Positions 10,304-20,447 of a DNA stretch of 64,000 nucleotides are shown one piece after another (position 1 is the stretch's first letter; each line of letters begins with the position of its first letter). A program made the translations under genes and the position numbers. Origin of the DNA: a candidate division WOR-3 bacterium (lineage in GTDB: Bacteria; Hydrothermota; Hydrothermia; B15-G9); assembly GCA_015489175.1 (NCBI GenBank), contig WGAI01000072.1, forward strand, positions 2,828 to 66,827. Reading direction: 5' to 3'. The notes beneath the pieces were generated by a model. The model was not told the origin of the DNA, did no database searches, and saw only the letters and a list, made by a program, of their open reading frames with translations.

Positions 10304-10927
10304 ATGTATAGACGGCTCAAAATGTTAGGTGTTTATTCATATCTGGTGTTGCTTTTATTTGTTGCCATTTTTGGAGCGGGATGTAGCTCCTACATACTGC
10401 AACAAAGTCCGGAAACGCTTCCCCAAGGTGAAACTTCCCTGCGGTTTGGTGTGACAGGGATACGCGATAAGGATACCTCTGATTACAATGTATATCCACA
10501 TGTTTCTTACAGGAGAGGACTCTCGCCAAAAGTTGATATGGGCATAGAAGGAGTCATATTGCCAACTGGATGTGGCACATACATCGATTTTTCATCCGAT
10601 ATCAAAGTCAGGCTCTTCAGATACAGGAAGTTTAACATCAGCATGGACCATCAGGTTTCTCTTGTGAGGTATAAGGATAAAACCAACTTGTTTTTTGCAC
10701 CGAGCATCCTGTTTGGCTGGCGAAGGTTTTTCGGTGCGGTGAAATTTATCTCATTTTACGGGGGATTCGTGCCAGCGTATTATGTGGGAACAGACCTCAG
10801 GGTAGGAAAAGTAGGATTTGTCTTTGACATTGGTATGATAGGAAAAAGGTCCATAAAGGAAAATGGATACATTTTTACATTCTCCAAAACGATGTTACCG
10901 GAATTCGGCGTCTATATTAACTTCTGA
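10304..10927 (+). CDS. Putative outer-membrane lipoprotein or small beta-barrel protein (hypothetical)
   Basis: GAGGAGG SD site. Lipobox-like signal ...LLLFVAIFGAGC. Alternating amphipathic beta-strand-like composition with a C-terminal Phe. No family recognised. Confidence 0.5.
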   Translation: MYRRLKMLGVYSYLVLLLFVAIFGAGCSSYILQQSPETLPQGETSLRFGVTGIRDKDTSDYNVYPHVSYRRGLSPKVDMGIEGVILPTGCGTYIDFSSDIKVRLFRYRKFNISMDHQVSLVRYKDKTNLFFAPSILFGWRRFFGAVKFISFYGGFVPAYYVGTDLRVGKVGFVFDIGMIGKRSIKENGYIFTFSKTMLPEFGVYINF

Positions 10928-11342
10928 GATAACTTTGATGTGCAGACACTTACAGAAGATTGACTTTTTGAACCAAGAGATGATGAACTGACAATTGCGT
11001 ATCTGGCTGGAGTGTCACCTCCCATCCATCAATATAAACGACAGGCGGATTATATGGGTTGCGCTGTGTCGAAAGCGAGACTTTGCCGCGTTCACAGGCC
11101 AATTATGTTGGTTATTGATTCGGAGTTGATGCCTATCGATCGCCACATTTCGGGATATTTCAAGCGAACATGTGGATCATTTCGCCGCCTTTTGATGCTC
11201 TCTCGCTTGCTTGATAACCATTTTGAAGGGTTTAAGATTTTCAGCCGATTTTAATGTTAAGTTTGCTTTTAATGAGGATTTATAGGGGGATGTGGGAGTA
11301 AAACTTGACAGGTTCTTTATATCGATGAAAAGGAGGTGTGTT

Positions 11343-11576
11343 ATGATAAGCATTGTTCTTGTGTTGATGGTGGTTCAGTCGCTTGGTGCGAGGAAGGCAT
11401 ACCTTGAGGAGGAAGCCGGGCGGGACGGGATGAAGTCCGTTCCTTACACGATAAACTACCAGGGATACCTGCCCGCCTTTCGGATAATTTTGAGAGGCAA
11501 ATTTGGAATGAAAAATGCGGCTCTGACATTTTGTGCCAGTTTGTCGACTTCATACAGGATTTTGGTATTGTTTTAA
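11343..11576 (+). CDS. Small hypothetical membrane protein (77 aa)
   Basis: AGGAGG 7 nt upstream of the ATG. N-terminal hydrophobic segment MISIVLVLMVVQSLGA. Confidence 0.3.
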   Translation: MISIVLVLMVVQSLGARKAYLEEEAGRDGMKSVPYTINYQGYLPAFRIILRGKFGMKNAALTFCASLSTSYRILVLF

Positions 11577-11777
11577 GAGTATCAGGGAACGACCTGAATT
11601 GCTTTGCATTTTGTTTGCAATTATTTTCTGGTAAGTTTTCCTTCAGCAGTTGTGCATGCTATTACGGTTCGCTGCTATGTAGTCCGTTTGGCTTTGGTAT
11701 GCTCATCTAATTATGCATGAACATGAGGTCGCCTTTTTGACTGGCCACCTTGTCCAGATAATCTCTGAATTTCGTCT

Positions 11778-11806
11778 TTGACTTCATAAAAAATTCGCTA
11801 TAAATT
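11778..11806 (+). promoter_or_regulatory. Putative sigma70-like promoter upstream of the merR-uppP pair
   Basis: TTGACT, then a 15-17 nt spacer, then TATAAAT. It sits only about 10 nt from the ATG, which would imply a near-leaderless transcript. The organism's consensus is unknown. Confidence 0.25.
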
Positions 11807-11815
11807 TATCCGTCG

Positions 11816-12157
11816 ATGGCTAAAGCTTATTACACGATATCAGAGGTCTCAGAATTAGTTGGTGTCAAACCGCATGTCTTGAGATATTGGGAGGCAACTC
11901 TTGGCATGCCTCGCCCAAAACGGAAAGGCGGGAAGAGATTTTATTCGGCCGAGGACATAAGGGTTTCCTACCTTATAAAAATACTCCTTTACAAACACGG
12001 CTATACACTTGATAAAGTCTCTGAGATGCTGAAGCAGCATGGTTTCGATCGCCTTTCCCCTGTCGTTCTTGACCCGCTAATAAGAGATATAAAGGAAGAA
12101 CTTTATCTGGCACTTGAAGAACTTGCTGCCATAAAAGAGATACTGGAGGAGAGATGA
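11816..12157 (+). CDS. MerR-family transcriptional regulator
   Basis: N-terminal HTH YTISEVSELVGVKPHVLRYWE is typical of MerR. ATGA overlap with the downstream uppP suggests translational coupling. Confidence 0.8.
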   Translation: MAKAYYTISEVSELVGVKPHVLRYWEATLGMPRPKRKGGKRFYSAEDIRVSYLIKILLYKHGYTLDKVSEMLKQHGFDRLSPVVLDPLIRDIKEELYLALEELAAIKEILEER

Positions 12158-12909
12158 AAGCTATAATACTTGGACTGGTGCAGGGGATTACTGAATTCCT
12201 GCCTGTATCGAGCTCTGGACATCTTGTCGTCATGAAGACTTTGCTCGGATTTCACTCGCCTGGGATAACATTTGAAGTGCTGCTGCATCTTGCGACTATG
12301 CTCTCGGTTCTCGTTTACTTCAATCGCATCGTTATCGATGTACTGCTTGATCTCAAATATCTGCTGTTCATAGTGATCGGTTCGATACCGGCTGGGATTG
12401 TAGGTGTGTTTTTCGGCGACTACATCGAGCAGATGTTTAACGGTGTGGGTTGGGTCGAGCTGTTCTTTGTTCTCAACGGCGTGCTGCTGATGGGGGGATG
12501 GTGGCTGGCCTCTCGAAGATCTACAAACAGAGAGCTTAGTTACGGACTGGCATTTTTGATAGGGCTTGCTCAGGCGCTTGCCGTTCTTCCGGGCATATCG
12601 AGATCGGGGATGACGATAACTGCCGGTGTTTTGTTGGGTTTGAGGAGGGGAGAAGCCTTTAAGTTCTCGTTCTTCCTGTTCCTGCCAGCCGTCTTTGGGG
12701 CTGGTCTGCTCAAACTCAAGGATATAACGGAATTTTCATCAAATTGGGGCGAGATAGGCGGTTTTGTCGTTGCCTTTTTCGTCGGAATAGTAGCACTTTC
12801 GATACTCAAAAACACATTGTCCAGGAATAAGTTCTCGATTTACGGCGCTTACACCGCTGCGCTGGGAATGATCCTCATTGTCGTTGACAAAATATTTGGC
12901 ATGGTCTAA
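12154..12909 (+). CDS. uppP: Undecaprenyl-diphosphatase (UppP/BacA)
   Basis: MKAIILGLVQGITEFLPVSSSGHL and the PGISRSG motif. 251 aa polytopic membrane protein. Confidence 0.9.
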   Translation: MKAIILGLVQGITEFLPVSSSGHLVVMKTLLGFHSPGITFEVLLHLATMLSVLVYFNRIVIDVLLDLKYLLFIVIGSIPAGIVGVFFGDYIEQMFNGVGWVELFFVLNGVLLMGGWWLASRRSTNRELSYGLAFLIGLAQALAVLPGISRSGMTITAGVLLGLRRGEAFKFSFFLFLPAVFGAGLLKLKDITEFSSNWGEIGGFVVAFFVGIVALSILKNTLSRNKFSIYGAYTAALGMILIVVDKIFGMV

Positions 12910-12989
12910 AATCAAATTTTGAAATGCATTCGCATTGCTTAGGCATTGTAAGACAAACAAAAACAAGGATAAAAGGGAGGTAAAATGAT

Positions 12990-13619
12990 ATGAGCTTGGT
13001 CGATTATTTTAACAAGGGTGGCTCAATGATGTGGCTCCTGGCCCTGGTAGCACTTTGGGCTCTTGAGATCATTGTCGAGCGCATAATTACTCTGTGGATA
13101 GTGCACAGGAAGAATCCCTTAACCGTTTTCGAGGAGTTCAGAAACATATTTGAGTCCGACGGAATGGAAGCGGCTCGCGAATATCTTGCCAAAGATAAGT
13201 CTCCAATGGCAAAGATATTGCTGGTTGGACTTGAGAAGATCGATAGAGGCCGCACGGTGGTTGAGGAGAGCATGACGATGAAAGCTTCCAATGTGCTTGC
13301 ATTCCTTGATCGCGGCATGATTTACCTCAACGCATCTGCAACCCTCGCCCCGATCCTTGGATTCCTTGGAACGGTTACGGGAATGATCAAGGCGTTCAAC
13401 GCCATAGCCCTTGCGGGTGAGGTTGAGCCGACCCTTGTGGCCGCCGGTATATCCGAAGCTCTGATCACGACAGCGACAGGTCTTCTTATAGCCGCACCGG
13501 TGGCTATCTTCTACGCAGCCTTCGCTTCCACAATTAACGGTTATGCAAGGAAGGCCGAAGAAGCATCCAATGCTTTCATTGAATACCTCCTTGAAAAGGG
13601 CTTGCTTAAAGCTGAATAA
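12990..13619 (+). CDS. exbB: MotA/TolQ/ExbB proton-channel family protein
   Basis: Three transmembrane segments with a conserved C-terminal LGFLGTVTGMI..F...A block. First gene of an exbB-exbD-exbD-tonB cluster. Confidence 0.85.
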   Translation: MSLVDYFNKGGSMMWLLALVALWALEIIVERIITLWIVHRKNPLTVFEEFRNIFESDGMEAAREYLAKDKSPMAKILLVGLEKIDRGRTVVEESMTMKASNVLAFLDRGMIYLNASATLAPILGFLGTVTGMIKAFNAIALAGEVEPTLVAAGISEALITTATGLLIAAPVAIFYAAFASTINGYARKAEEASNAFIEYLLEKGLLKAE

Positions 13620-13637
13620 GCCCGGAGGTGATTTACT

Positions 13638-14066
13638 GTGGCATTAGTTGATAAAAAAATTAAACAGGATGAGGTCGAGATACCGACCGCCTCCATGTCC
13701 GATATCGCTTTCTTGCTCATAATTTTCTTCATGACTACTTCTGTGTTCTCGCGCGATAAAGGCCTTAAACTTGTGCTTCCGGAAAAAGGACAGGAAGTGA
13801 AGGTCGCATCGGAAAACCTCATTAAGATAGCCATTAACCCTCAGGGTGAGGTGTTCTTCGGTGATGAGCCTGTCACTGTCAGCCAGATACCTGAAAAAGT
13901 TAAAGCCAAACTTGCGGAGAATCCCAAGTATGTTGTTCTGATAAGAACCAATGAGCTTGCACCATACGAGAAGATGATCGAGGTGTTAGATGCGGTAAAA
14001 TCGGTGCCTGAAGCCAAGCGGATATCGCTCAGTGTGATTAAGACAGAACAGGCTCAAGGAGGGTAG
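13638..14066 (+). CDS. exbD: ExbD/TolR biopolymer transport protein
   Basis: GTG start with GGAGGTG SD. N-terminal IPTASMSDIAFLLIIFFM TM helix typical of ExbD. Confidence 0.8.
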   Translation: MALVDKKIKQDEVEIPTASMSDIAFLLIIFFMTTSVFSRDKGLKLVLPEKGQEVKVASENLIKIAINPQGEVFFGDEPVTVSQIPEKVKAKLAENPKYVVLIRTNELAPYEKMIEVLDAVKSVPEAKRISLSVIKTEQAQGG

Positions 14067-14070
14067 GCAG

Positions 14071-14478
14071 ATGAAGATTAAAGGTAAAAGGGAACAAAAG
14101 GCACAGATACCAACCGCTTCCATGTCCGATATAGCTTTCTTGCTGATAATCTTCTTCATGCTGACAACTGTGTTCCGCAAAGAGACAGGCCTTAAAGTTA
14201 TACTCCCGAAGGCGAAGATGACCGAGCGTGTCCTCAAAAGCCGCGATGTAGCTAATATCTACATCGATAAAGACGGTCGGATCTCGGTTGACGATAAGCT
14301 TGTGGCGCCAGAGCAGGTCAAGATGGCGTTCAAGGTTAAACTTGCGGAGAATCCAGCTGTGCTCGCTCAGCTCAAAGCGGATAGGCGTGTGAAGTATGGG
14401 ACTGTCAACGATGTGCTGGATGCGCTGCGTGACGCTCAGGCTTTCAGAATCATATTCGCAACGGAATACAAGCGATGA
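14071..14478 (+). CDS. exbD: ExbD/TolR biopolymer transport protein (second copy)
   Basis: Same ExbD N-terminal TM signature (IPTASMSDIAFLLIIFFM) as the adjacent copy, with GGAGGG SD. Confidence 0.8.
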   Translation: MKIKGKREQKAQIPTASMSDIAFLLIIFFMLTTVFRKETGLKVILPKAKMTERVLKSRDVANIYIDKDGRISVDDKLVAPEQVKMAFKVKLAENPAVLAQLKADRRVKYGTVNDVLDALRDAQAFRIIFATEYKR

Positions 14479-14504
14479 GGATAAACCCTTAAGGGGGTGA
14501 GAAA

Positions 14505-15155
14505 ATGGCAGAAGAAAAGGAAAAAGATCAGGAGTTGGAAGTTTACGAGCCGGAACAGGATTACCCGCTTCACCTGAATATCGCCCTCACTATCACGCTT
14601 GCAATGTTTATCATCCTGCTGACTTCGATCAAAGTCGAGGTTAAGCCTTACAAGCCGAAGAAAGAGATTGCTGTGATGACGGAGGAGGTTTCCACAGAGG
14701 TGGAGCAGATGCAGGAAGAGGTGAACATACCTAAGCCCAAGCTTCCAGTTCAGGTTGAAGAGGCTGAGGAAGGCGAGGAAACGGCTGACCTTAACGAGCT
14801 TGAAGGCCTTGAGACATCCGATTTTAATGAGTTGACGGCTCCGCCACCGCCCAAAACCGATACGGCGATCGATTTCTATGCCGTTGAGATAAAACCTAAA
14901 GTAATTAAGAGGATTGAACCTCAATATCCTGATGTTGCCCGCAGGGCGGGCCTTGAGGGCGATGTATTTGTGCTGCTTATTGTCGATGAGAAGGGCAATG
15001 TGGCGAGTGCTCAGGTTGTTAAAAGCACCAATCCTATATTCAATGAGGCTGCTCTTAAGGCAGTTAAGCAGTGGAAATTTTCGCCCGGCTATCAGCGCGA
15101 TAAACCCGTTAAGGTGCGCTTGATGCAGCCTATTCACTTCAGGCTTACTAAATAA
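14505..15155 (+). CDS. tonB: Energy transducer TonB (C-terminal TonB domain)
   Basis: N-terminal TM helix, Glu/Pro-rich linker and a C-terminal TonB_C block VEIKPKVIKRIEPQYPDVARRAGLEGDVFVLLIVDEKGNV...KFSPG. Confidence 0.75.
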   Translation: MAEEKEKDQELEVYEPEQDYPLHLNIALTITLAMFIILLTSIKVEVKPYKPKKEIAVMTEEVSTEVEQMQEEVNIPKPKLPVQVEEAEEGEETADLNELEGLETSDFNELTAPPPPKTDTAIDFYAVEIKPKVIKRIEPQYPDVARRAGLEGDVFVLLIVDEKGNVASAQVVKSTNPIFNEAALKAVKQWKFSPGYQRDKPVKVRLMQPIHFRLTK

Positions 15156-15205
15156 TTTGTTCGGGCATTGTGAATTTGGTAAAAGCAAATAAGGAGGTTT
15201 TGAGG

Positions 15206-18200
15206 ATGTGGATCAAAAAGAGGGCATGGGTGATAGGCGTTGCCATGATCTTCGGATTGGCAACGTCTCTCATCGCAGGTACTACCGGTAAAATCGTGGG
15301 TAGGGTGGTTGATGCCGATACCAAAGAAGGACTACCGGGTGCCAATGTCGTAATAGAAGGCACCCACATGGGCACAGCCACCGACATGGATGGTTACTAT
15401 GTGATCCTGAATGTGCCGCCAGGAACCTACACCATCAAAGCTTCGATGCTTGGCTACCAGACCATGGTGGTTAAGAATGTGGTTGTCGAGGCAGACCGCA
15501 CGACAGAGGTTAACTTCAAACTGAAAGCCACCGTCATAAAAGAGAAGGAGATCGTTGTCGTCGCTAAGGCACCTACTATCAAAAAAGACCTGACAGCGAG
15601 TGTAAATATCGTTAAAGGTGAGGATGTGCAGACATTACCTGTGTCTGATGTGGCTCAGGTTGTGTCTCAGCAGGCCGGTGTTATCGCTCGTGGCGGACTC
15701 CATATCCGTGGCGGTCGTGCTGGTGAGGCTGTTTATGTCGTCGATGGTGTCGAGGTTCGTGACCCTTATGGAGGTGCTACTCAGGCGTCAATACCACTCC
15801 TCGCTATGGAAGAGACAGAGATCAGCAAAGGCGGTTTCGATGTCGATCAAGGAACAGCTGCATCGGGTGCAATCAATGTTATTACCAAAGAAGGTGGTCC
15901 CAGATATGAAGCTGCGGTTTATTTCAACACAGGCGATTTCTCCTTCCTTGGCGATAAGTTTCAGGCCCTTATGGATGCAAACACCGGTGACCCTTATTAC
16001 CACCTGCTTAAAGATATCGATGCAGGCAAACTTGATGGTGTTGTGAAAGATTCCGCTTCACTCCTTGATTACCTGAATGACCCCGTTGGAAAACATAAAT
16101 CTCTACCAAAGCATTTTGAGTTTGCCGTTGGAGGCCCTATCCTTCCGACAAACAGAAAAGGCGCTAAGTTCTTTATTTCAGGTTATTCCGATAGAAATAA
16201 AGGAAGATTCCCGGTCTCCGATAATCCTAAATGGAACAATTGGGAGGAGAGGTATCAGTGGAAGTTTAGTCTCCCTGCATCAAACTTCAAATTCTTTACC
16301 AGTGGATTTCTCACTCAAACTTACAGCAAAGGTTATTCAGCTGGATGGAGACTTGCTCTTGACCACCTCGCCGATTTCTCACAGAGGCTTTCTCAGTTTA
16401 TCTTTGGAGTGAATTATCTGTTTGGAACCAAGGCATATCTCGAGGTTAGAGGTGGCTATTTCGATAACGATTTCCTTGATAATGTAGTTGAGGATGTGGA
16501 TAAGGACGGCATCGATGATTTCGCTGACAGAGATCAAGACGGTTACATAGAGGTTGACGACACATACTTTGTTGATGCTAACGGGGATACTGTTGATATA
16601 GCTGCCCTTTATGGTGGTATCCTTGACAGAGGTAACGGCTGGGTGGAGCTGCCCTTCCATTGGTGGGATAACGAGATAGTCAGCCTTTATCCTACCATCG
16701 GCACAGGCCCATCCTGGTGGGCTTCCGATACATCTCAGTTCCCCAACACCTATGGATGGGGTCATAAGACCAGAAAGGACCTTATAGTTGTGCTTCTTCC
16801 GGATGGCAGGCTTGTGTATGGTGAGCAGGGCAACGGAGACACAGTTGTTACCCTGAATGGAGAAAAGCTTGCCTATCAGTCACTGCTTCTCAAGATAGGT
16901 AACCAATACATAGGTGATGCACATACATGGCCGAGAAGCCAGTGGTATTATGGGCATAGCCGCACATATTCCTTCACGACAAGGTTTACCGGCCAGATCA
17001 CAAAGGCTCATGAGATTCTCGCTGGCTTCGAGTACAGAAAGTTTGATATTAAGCGCTATGGTGCAGACTACGCTTCAGGTGGTAACTTCTATTTCACATT
17101 TGTTAACCTCCCGTTTGTTGAGACGAAAGGCGTAAAGTGGTTCGAGAAATATCCGACCAGACCTTATACATTCGCTGCTTACCTCAGGGATAAGGTTGAA
17201 ATCGAGGGAATGGTCGCTAAGGTCGGTGTGAGATACGACTACCTCAACTCCGATGGATGGGTGCCGGGCGACACAACTGATCCGTTCGAGTTCGATCCGG
17301 TTACCAACTGGGGCTTTATCAAGAACCCTGTTAAGGCAAAACCGAAATGGCATCTCAGTCCTCGTATAGGTATTTCACATCCTATTTCGGAAAGGGATGT
17401 TTTGCACTTCACATACGGCCATTACTATCAGCTTCCACCGCTCGCTTACATGATTCGTGACTATGTGTTCTCAGGAGCGTTCCCAATTCTCGGTAACCCT
17501 GACCTGAGCCCTGAGAAGCAGATCGCTTACGAGGTCGGCGTCAAGCACGCCTTCACCAATACTGTGGTTCTCGGTGTCACAGCTTATTACAAGGACATTA
17601 AGGGATGGTCAAGGATTAAGATGATCCATCTGCCCAACGGAAGGAACTATTCGACCTATGTGAACGAGGACTATGCTGATGTCAGGGGGCTTGAATTTGA
17701 CTTCAACAAGCGTCCCGGTGGGACGATGTTCCCGTATCTCGGAATTGGCGTTTCCTACACTTATCAGATAGCTAAAGGTAGTTTCTCCAATCCGGGTGAT
17801 GCTTACAACTGGGCATGGCGTGGATATCCGATGCCCGATCAGGAGCATCCGCTCAACTGGGATCAGAGGCATACCCTTATGCTGAACCTCTCTCTCATTT
17901 CACCTAAAGGCAAACCGCTTGGGCCGATTGACGACTGGGGTATCACGATCCAGCATTCCTATGGAAGCGGTTATCCTTACACGCCTCCGATCAGGACGCC
18001 GCGTGAGGCTATGGAGCTCATTAACTCCAAACGTCTTCCGCCTACGCATAACACGAACCTCAGGATATACAAGAACTTTGCCCTAGGCCCTGTGAGGATC
18101 AGGACATTCTTTGATGTCTATAACCTCTTTAATGTGAGGAATCTTACCGGGTTCTCCAGCGTTGAGTGGTATGAGCAGTTCGGTGATCCCGAAGGCGAAG

Positions 18201-18274
18201 AGAAAACACCCACAGTCTGGTCTGCTCGCAGGACTGTCCACTTTGGTATTGAACTCAGGTGGAATGAGGGATAG
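15206..18274 (+). CDS. SusC/RagA-like TonB-dependent receptor with an N-terminal carboxypeptidase-regulatory-like domain
   Basis: AAGGAGG SD before ATG 15206. CarbopepD_reg-like segment GKIVGRVVDADTKEGLPGANVVIEG...DGYYVI. Plug domain followed by a long beta-barrel ending ...GIELRWNEG; about 1020 aa. Lies immediately downstream of tonB. Confidence 0.8.
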   Translation: MWIKKRAWVIGVAMIFGLATSLIAGTTGKIVGRVVDADTKEGLPGANVVIEGTHMGTATDMDGYYVILNVPPGTYTIKASMLGYQTMVVKNVVVEADRTTEVNFKLKATVIKEKEIVVVAKAPTIKKDLTASVNIVKGEDVQTLPVSDVAQVVSQQAGVIARGGLHIRGGRAGEAVYVVDGVEVRDPYGGATQASIPLLAMEETEISKGGFDVDQGTAASGAINVITKEGGPRYEAAVYFNTGDFSFLGDKFQALMDANTGDPYYHLLKDIDAGKLDGVVKDSASLLDYLNDPVGKHKSLPKHFEFAVGGPILPTNRKGAKFFISGYSDRNKGRFPVSDNPKWNNWEERYQWKFSLPASNFKFFTSGFLTQTYSKGYSAGWRLALDHLADFSQRLSQFIFGVNYLFGTKAYLEVRGGYFDNDFLDNVVEDVDKDGIDDFADRDQDGYIEVDDTYFVDANGDTVDIAALYGGILDRGNGWVELPFHWWDNEIVSLYPTIGTGPSWWASDTSQFPNTYGWGHKTRKDLIVVLLPDGRLVYGEQGNGDTVVTLNGEKLAYQSLLLKIGNQYIGDAHTWPRSQWYYGHSRTYSFTTRFTGQITKAHEILAGFEYRKFDIKRYGADYASGGNFYFTFVNLPFVETKGVKWFEKYPTRPYTFAAYLRDKVEIEGMVAKVGVRYDYLNSDGWVPGDTTDPFEFDPVTNWGFIKNPVKAKPKWHLSPRIGISHPISERDVLHFTYGHYYQLPPLAYMIRDYVFSGAFPILGNPDLSPEKQIAYEVGVKHAFTNTVVLGVTAYYKDIKGWSRIKMIHLPNGRNYSTYVNEDYADVRGLEFDFNKRPGGTMFPYLGIGVSYTYQIAKGSFSNPGDAYNWAWRGYPMPDQEHPLNWDQRHTLMLNLSLISPKGKPLGPIDDWGITIQHSYGSGYPYTPPIRTPREAMELINSKRLPPTHNTNLRIYKNFALGPVRIRTFFDVYNLFNVRNLTGFSSVEWYEQFGDPEGEEKTPTVWSARRTVHFGIELRWNEG

Positions 18275-18289
18275 TAAACGGGAGGATTT

Positions 18290-20431
18290 ATGATGCGCAA
18301 GATTGTAGCATTTTTGACGCTGTTCCTCGTTGGAACAGCACTTCATGCAAGGGTTTATCACATGGTGCCCTCGGGTGATGGCACCTATCAGATGATGGGA
18401 GGCAAAGCCCGCCCGAATGCTGCTTACTACAACATGACCACCGCAGAAGTCTGGAACGCAATGAGCAATACCGGGGGACTTGGCGGTGAAATGGGAAGTG
18501 GTTATTACGGATATACATGGCCTGGCGGAGCTCCTGTCAATAACTATTACCTGTGGAACAGCTATTTCTGGGTCGGAGCAAAAGTGAACGGAGAGGTGTA
18601 TGTCACAGCACACGATTATCCCGCTGGAGAGTGGCGTCCGTCGGATGGCCCATCCCCCATATTCCAGGGGACTGGCAAAGCCGTGTATGATGTTGTTGTG
18701 GCATGGGATGATTACAACGATAACCCTGGTAATGCTCCCGGTAAGCATCTGGGCGTTAAAGTGATAATCAGGACTATGCAGTGGCCTCATGACCCGTTCA
18801 ACAAGATAATTCCATACGAGATCTTTATAACCTATGACTCTACGAAATGCGATATAGATGGACATACAGGGGTGCTGGATAGCCTGATGCTGGGCATAGT
18901 GTTTGACGCCGATGTCTCAGGTGCCGACCAGTCAGATCCGCACATCGATGACCTCGTTTCTTTTGATGGTTGGGTGAACCATGAGTGGGATAATAACAGG
19001 TTTTTCCGTTCACCTACGGATAGCTTTGCTATTTTGCCCGATAGTTTTGAAACCGTTCCCGATGGCATTCCTGATCAGTATGTCATCTGGGGCGACGAGC
19101 CAAGCGAACATGTGATAGCTGAGGATGCAGATACCATCGTCATTCACAGGGCTGAGGGTGATACCACGATACTCGGTTATATCTTCCCGCGTGGAATGTC
19201 TTATGTCTATGACGGTGATAACCCGAATGTGCCCGGAGACGACACTGGCGAAGGTGGCATGTGCGCTGGATATATAGGTGGTGCATGGATATACACCCCG
19301 CCAGCTCCGTCGGATTCTGTTGTTACACTTCCCAATGGCCATCAGCTCAGATTTGTGAGACCGTGGTCACATAACTGGTGGAACTGGGAGACTGACCCTG
19401 CTGGAGACGAAGAGCGTTATAACTACATGATGGGACGCCATCCCGGAACTAAATTCCACAGATATGCTCCTCATCCATGGGATATAGGCGCTCAGGAATT
19501 TGACTATCGTTTCCTTTCCTCCGTTGGTCCTTTCCAGCTTCATCATGGTGACACTCTGAAGTTCGTGTTTGTTGGTGTTGTTGGTCAGGGACTTACAGGT
19601 GGCGCCGATAACTACTGGCATGGCGGCCAGTGGATACCCGGTGCAAGGCAGCTGGTTGATTGGGCGTTCAAAGCTTACTACACGGGTGACACGCTTGCTG
19701 ACCCGGCACATCCAACTCCGCCTGTGATTGGAAGGCCGCTCGGCCCTGCCGATCATGAGCACTGGCAGATACCAATTCCGCCTACTTCGCCAACCCTTGT
19801 GTATTCCGCTACGAGTAAAGGCGTTAGCCTTCTCTGGGATGCAACTCCTGAATACACCGTTGACCCTCGTAAAGGATATTGTGACTTCAAGGGTTATCGT
19901 ATTTATCGCGCAAAATATGTGCCTTCTAACTGGGAACTTGTGGCAGACTTCAACAAGGACAGCCTTGGTGGAGAGGTGCCTCACTCTTACACGGATTCAG
20001 TCAATGTTGTAGCTGGGTTCCCTTACTACTATGTTGTTGTTGCCTATGACGAGGATGGTCTCGAAAGCCCTAAAGACAACTACAAGAAAGATGCCGCTGG
20101 TAACCCTGTTGATGTTGTGATACCGACAAAGAGCCAGGAAGACCTCGATGAGGTCTATGTCACGCCCAATCCGTATCTTGGATCTGCACCTTGGACAGCT
20201 ACTGAGCTTGCCGACAAGATCGAGTTCCACAATCTGCCATCGAGCTGCCGCATTAAAATCTTCACTCTCAGCGGTGATCTCGTGAAGGATATTGTGCATG
20301 TTGGATCCGGTTCTGAGGCATGGAACCTGCTTACCGATGAAGGGATAAAGGTCGCGAGTGGTGTTTACATCTACAAGATCGAGACCCCGGATGGGAAATA
20401 TAAGATCGGTAATTTCGTGATTTTGAAGTAG
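18290..20431 (+). CDS. Secreted hypothetical protein (713 aa) with a T9SS C-terminal sorting domain
   Basis: GGGAGGA SD. Signal peptide MMRKIVAFLTLFLVGTALHA. C-terminus VYVTPNPY...IKIFTLSGDLV...SGVYIYKIETPDGKYKIGNFVILK. It occupies the SusD position 16 nt after the receptor gene. Confidence 0.6.
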   Translation: MMRKIVAFLTLFLVGTALHARVYHMVPSGDGTYQMMGGKARPNAAYYNMTTAEVWNAMSNTGGLGGEMGSGYYGYTWPGGAPVNNYYLWNSYFWVGAKVNGEVYVTAHDYPAGEWRPSDGPSPIFQGTGKAVYDVVVAWDDYNDNPGNAPGKHLGVKVIIRTMQWPHDPFNKIIPYEIFITYDSTKCDIDGHTGVLDSLMLGIVFDADVSGADQSDPHIDDLVSFDGWVNHEWDNNRFFRSPTDSFAILPDSFETVPDGIPDQYVIWGDEPSEHVIAEDADTIVIHRAEGDTTILGYIFPRGMSYVYDGDNPNVPGDDTGEGGMCAGYIGGAWIYTPPAPSDSVVTLPNGHQLRFVRPWSHNWWNWETDPAGDEERYNYMMGRHPGTKFHRYAPHPWDIGAQEFDYRFLSSVGPFQLHHGDTLKFVFVGVVGQGLTGGADNYWHGGQWIPGARQLVDWAFKAYYTGDTLADPAHPTPPVIGRPLGPADHEHWQIPIPPTSPTLVYSATSKGVSLLWDATPEYTVDPRKGYCDFKGYRIYRAKYVPSNWELVADFNKDSLGGEVPHSYTDSVNVVAGFPYYYVVVAYDEDGLESPKDNYKKDAAGNPVDVVIPTKSQEDLDEVYVTPNPYLGSAPWTATELADKIEFHNLPSSCRIKIFTLSGDLVKDIVHVGSGSEAWNLLTDEGIKVASGVYIYKIETPDGKYKIGNFVILK

Positions 20432-20447
20432 TCAGGAGGAGCAGATA

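Noticed and set aside
14436-15188. 250-aa minus-strand ORF
   Set aside because: Antisense to tonB and the start of the SusC-like gene. No start context or motifs.
18083-18865. 260-aa minus-strand ORF
   Set aside because: Antisense across the junction of the TBDR and the following secreted-protein genes, both of which have an RBS and a signal peptide.
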